A stretch of 64,000 nucleotides of DNA, taken from NCBI GenBank assembly GCA_963819655.1, contig CAWFXA010000002.1, positions 256,001-320,000 on the forward strand. Reading direction: 5' to 3'. Positions 61,170 to 64,000 of the stretch are shown here, one piece after another. The notes under the pieces were generated by a model. That model saw only the letters and a program-made list of their open reading frames with translations. It had not been told where the DNA came from and did no database searches. This DNA is from an uncultured Chloroflexia bacterium. Its GTDB lineage: Bacteria; Chloroflexota; Limnocylindria; Limnocylindrales; CSP1-4. The position numbers were made by a program, and so were the translations under genes. Each line of letters begins with the position of its first letter. The stretch's first letter is position 1.

Positions 61170-61841
61170 TTACGAGGAGGGCGTCGAGCCGGTCAGGATG
61201 GCTCCTGCGAAATCCCGGGCGACGATGCCCGGCTCATCGGACGGCCCGTCGCCGTGGTCCGGACTGTCGTGCTCCACGGCTTCGATGATGTGATCGATGT
61301 TGGCGCGGTTGACGATCAACGTGCCCAGGCGCTGGCGGTGCCAGTCGCCGCCCATCTGATAGTCGAGGACCGCATCTGTCAGCGGGACCATCGCGCTGCG
61401 TCGATGGAGCGCGGCCATGGCATCGACGAACGGCACGGTGTGCAGGTTGCCGCGGACCGTGTACGGCCCGATCGCGACCGCGACCGACGTCTGGCGGGTG
61501 CGGGTCCGGCGAGCCAGGTCCCCGCGAGGACCGGTCGCGTGGACGAGCAGGAGCTCGTCGCGTGGCACGACGACTTCCTTGACCTCGACGACCCCCGGCT
61601 CGGCGAGGGACTGGACCATCACGTCGACGAGCTCCAGCTCCTCATGGTCGTTGAGCATGTCGGTCAGGCGCTCCGCTCGCAGGCGGATGCGACCAGACAG
61701 CGTGCAGTCCTCTGCGTAGGCCACGAAGTCGACCATCGGATGGAGGACGGCCGCGCCCGGGTGCCCACCTTCCGAATCGTCGGCCGGCTCGGCGGTGCCA
61801 TCGAAGAAGAGCGAGAGACGTCGACCGAAGCTGTGGATCAT
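61170..61841 (-). CDS. Hypothetical protein with two tandem small beta domains (DUF6812-like)
   Basis: ..LSGRI..RLTDMLN..ELVDV..VVPRDELLLV and ..VRGNLH..VPLTDA..LIVNRANI. Confidence 0.6.
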   Translation of the reverse strand: MIHSFGRRLSLFFDGTAEPADDSEGGHPGAAVLHPMVDFVAYAEDCTLSGRIRLRAERLTDMLNDHEELELVDVMVQSLAEPGVVEVKEVVVPRDELLLVHATGPRGDLARRTRTRQTSVAVAIGPYTVRGNLHTVPFVDAMAALHRRSAMVPLTDAVLDYQMGGDWHRQRLGTLIVNRANIDHIIEAVEHDSPDHGDGPSDEPGIVARDFAGAILTGSTPSS

Positions 61842-61994
61842 GGGGCCATCGTGGCGGTGCCCCCAGCCGGCCACCCTCACCCGGAGGTACTTCCGTCATG
61901 CGCTCGGTGACGGGCGGCAACGGTGCGCCGCCGCACGTCCCACGTCGGCGTAGCCCGAAAGTACCGGCTCGCCGTTCCGCGCTAGCATCCCGAC

Positions 61995-62942
61995 ATGAGC
62001 GACACCCACGTCCCGACCCTGATGACGGTCCACGCCCACCCGGACGATGAGACCATCGGCACCGGTGGCACGATGGCGAAAGCCGTCGCCACCGGCAGGC
62101 GGGTGGTGCTCGTCACATGCACCCGAGGCGAGATGGGCGAGATCGTCGTCAAGGACATGGACACCCCGGACAACCACCGCCGTCTCGGGGAGATCCGCGC
62201 AGGCGAGCTCGAACGGGCGATGGGCGTGCTCGGCGTCACCGAGTGGGAGAACCTCGGCTACCACGACTCGGACATGATGGGTCGGGCCGGCAACCAGGAC
62301 CCCCGCTCGTTCTGGCAGGCCGACATCGATGAGGCCGCCCGACGCCTCGTCTGGCTGATCCGCCGCTACCAGCCCGATGTGATCACGACGTACAACGACT
62401 TCGGCGGCTACGGTCACCCCGACCACATCCGCACCCACGACGTGACGGTGCGGGCGTACCCCCGGGCGGGTGACCCGGCGTGGTACCCGGAGCAGCTGGC
62501 GCCCGAACACGGTGGCACCGGACCGGCGGCCGCTGAGGGCGGGCTCGCCCTATGGACGCCCTCGAAGCTGTACGAGCAGGCGATCCCGGCGTCGGTCCGG
62601 ACTGCGATCCGCGACCGCATGGCCGAGCTCGACAAGCCGAACCCGTGGGCGCCGCCGCCCGATGCCACGCCCGAGCAGCTCGCCGAGTTCGAGGCGTTCC
62701 AGGCGCGGATGCTCGTGCCAGACGAGTCGATCACCACCTGGATCGACATCTCGGGCGACCCGGTCGAGCGCAAGTGGAACGCGATGCGCGCACACGTCAC
62801 GCAGATCGCCGAGGACTCGTTCTTCATGGCGTTCGGACTCGATGGCTGGCGCGAACAGTGGTCGAAGGAGGCATACATCCTCCGCGAGTCGACCGTCGAG
62901 ACAGCCAAGCCCGAGGACGACCTGTTCGCCGGCCTGGTCTGA
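61995..62942 (+). CDS. PIG-L/LmbE family deacetylase (Mca/MshB-like)
   Basis: VHAHPDDE, TCTRGEMGE, DSDMMG, GGYGHPDH, AHVTQI, DLFAGL. Confidence 0.9.
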   Translation: MSDTHVPTLMTVHAHPDDETIGTGGTMAKAVATGRRVVLVTCTRGEMGEIVVKDMDTPDNHRRLGEIRAGELERAMGVLGVTEWENLGYHDSDMMGRAGNQDPRSFWQADIDEAARRLVWLIRRYQPDVITTYNDFGGYGHPDHIRTHDVTVRAYPRAGDPAWYPEQLAPEHGGTGPAAAEGGLALWTPSKLYEQAIPASVRTAIRDRMAELDKPNPWAPPPDATPEQLAEFEAFQARMLVPDESITTWIDISGDPVERKWNAMRAHVTQIAEDSFFMAFGLDGWREQWSKEAYILRESTVETAKPEDDLFAGLV

Positions 62943-62949
62943 GACCGCC

Positions 62950-64000
62950 TCAGTAGGGCAGCAGGCCCCGCGAGGCGTCGAACACCTGGCCCATGACGAT
63001 CCTGCCGCTGCCTCCGGGGTCCATGAAGTTGGGCTGCGCCTTGTCGAGGATGATGTGCGGCCGCATCCTGACCTGCAGCAGCTCGGCGCCCTGGAAGGTC
63101 AGCTCGAGGGTGATGCCCTCCATCGTGAACTCGGACCACGTCTGGTCGAACACGAAGTTGCCGAGCGCGTACCAGATCGGCTTGCCCTTGTAGACCTCCA
63201 TCGCCGCCGCGTAGTGGGCGTGGTTGCCGATGATCATGTCGGCCCCGGCGTCGATGATCTGGCGGGCCAGCTCCTGCTGGCGCGCGAACGGCTTCGAGCG
63301 GTACTCGACGCCCCAGTGCGGGAAGACGATGACGACATCGGCGCCCGCCTCGCGCGCTGCCGTGATGCCGGTCTCGACTCGCCGGAGGGTGAGCGCCGAG
63401 CTTCCGGGTTCGTTCCGGCCGGCGTAATCGCCCTTGTCGATGGCGTCGAAGGCGAGCACGGCGACCGTCGTGCCGTTGGCCTCGAGCATCGCCGGCGCGC
63501 GGGCAGCGGTCACGTCCTTCCCTGCCCCGGAGTACTTCAGCCCGCGCTTCCGCAGGTTCGAGATCGTCTGCAGGATGCCGTTGTCACCGGCGTCGCCGAT
63601 GTGGTTGTTGGCGATCGACACGTAGTCGATGCCGGCGTTGACCAAGCCGTCGATGAGACGCGGGTCGGCGGTGAACGTCGTCCCGCTCGTGTGATAGCGA
63701 AAGCGGTTGGGCGCCGGGTTCTCGAAGTTGGCGATGGCCAGGTCCGCGCCGGAGATCACGTCTCGGACGGCTCCGGCATTCCCGGTCCGCCGCGTCCGGG
63801 GCAGGTCCCAGCCCATCGATGAGCAGTCCTTGCAGCGTGAGGTGATCTCGGCCGTCCCGCCATCGAACGGGAAGTCGACACCCTTGCCCTTGACGCGCAC
63901 CGTCTGATAGACCCCGCGGTCGAGCAGGATGTCGCCGCCCGCGAACAACGTCCAGGTGGCCGCCGGATCGAACGCGGCGTCGGCGGTCCGTGCCGGAAGG
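62950..64000 (-). CDS. CapA/PgsA family metallophosphoesterase (5' part outside window)
   Basis: GGDILLDRG, ANFE, ANNHIGD, PHWGVEY, GNHAH, YALGNFVFDQ. Confidence 0.88.
   Translation of the reverse strand, partial: LPARTADAAFDPAATWTLFAGGDILLDRGVYQTVRVKGKGVDFPFDGGTAEITSRCKDCSSMGWDLPRTRRTGNAGAVRDVISGADLAIANFENPAPNRFRYHTSGTTFTADPRLIDGLVNAGIDYVSIANNHIGDAGDNGILQTISNLRKRGLKYSGAGKDVTAARAPAMLEANGTTVAVLAFDAIDKGDYAGRNEPGSSALTLRRVETGITAAREAGADVVIVFPHWGVEYRSKPFARQQELARQIIDAGADMIIGNHAHYAAAMEVYKGKPIWYALGNFVFDQTWSEFTMEGITLELTFQGAELLQVRMRPHIILDKAQPNFMDPGGSGRIVMGQVFDASRGLLPY

Noticed and set aside
58027-61293. 1088-aa plus-strand ORF
   Set aside because: Off-frame/antisense shadow across znuB, the SDR and the CoA transferase
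62950-64000. Poly-gamma-glutamate capsule locus
   Set aside because: Only a CapA-family gene is visible; stand-alone CapA homologs are common and capB/capC are not in the window

Overview
High-GC bacterial DNA; the gene set and style suggest Chloroflexota (Limnocylindria-like), which is an inference. Many genes carry single-base frameshifts, typical of an unpolished long-read assembly, so frameshifted CDSs are reported as probable intact genes unless other evidence shows decay. Three zones. (1) 1-13.7 kb: non-phosphorylative L-fucose utilisation cluster (aldo-keto reductase, lactonase, GH29 fucosidase, fuconate dehydratase, mutarotase, two sugar ABC systems, IclR). It includes a duplicated IclR operator/promoter module and the internally deleted remnant of a second iclR. 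(2) ~13.7-45.5 kb: a ~32 kb surface-glycan island bounded by a diverged direct repeat of the kamA 3' end. It holds many GT2/GT4 enzymes, two flippases, an AsnB-type amidotransferase, methyltransferases, a kinase, a deacetylase, a candidate c-di-GMP riboswitch, and an archaeal-style module (DUF1616, giant CARDB/GT-C protein, catalytically degenerate CPBP protease, DPM-like GT2, small 2-TM protein). (3) 45.5-64 kb: backbone with kamA, tandem lipoprotein paralogs, fused MFS/spermidine synthase, MMPL plus lipocalin/CrtC-like lipoprotein, zur-znuACB with a Fur/Zur box, FabL-like SDR, CaiB/BaiF CoA transferase, PIG-L deacetylase and a CapA-family protein. No rRNA, tRNA, CRISPR array, integrase or transposase was seen.
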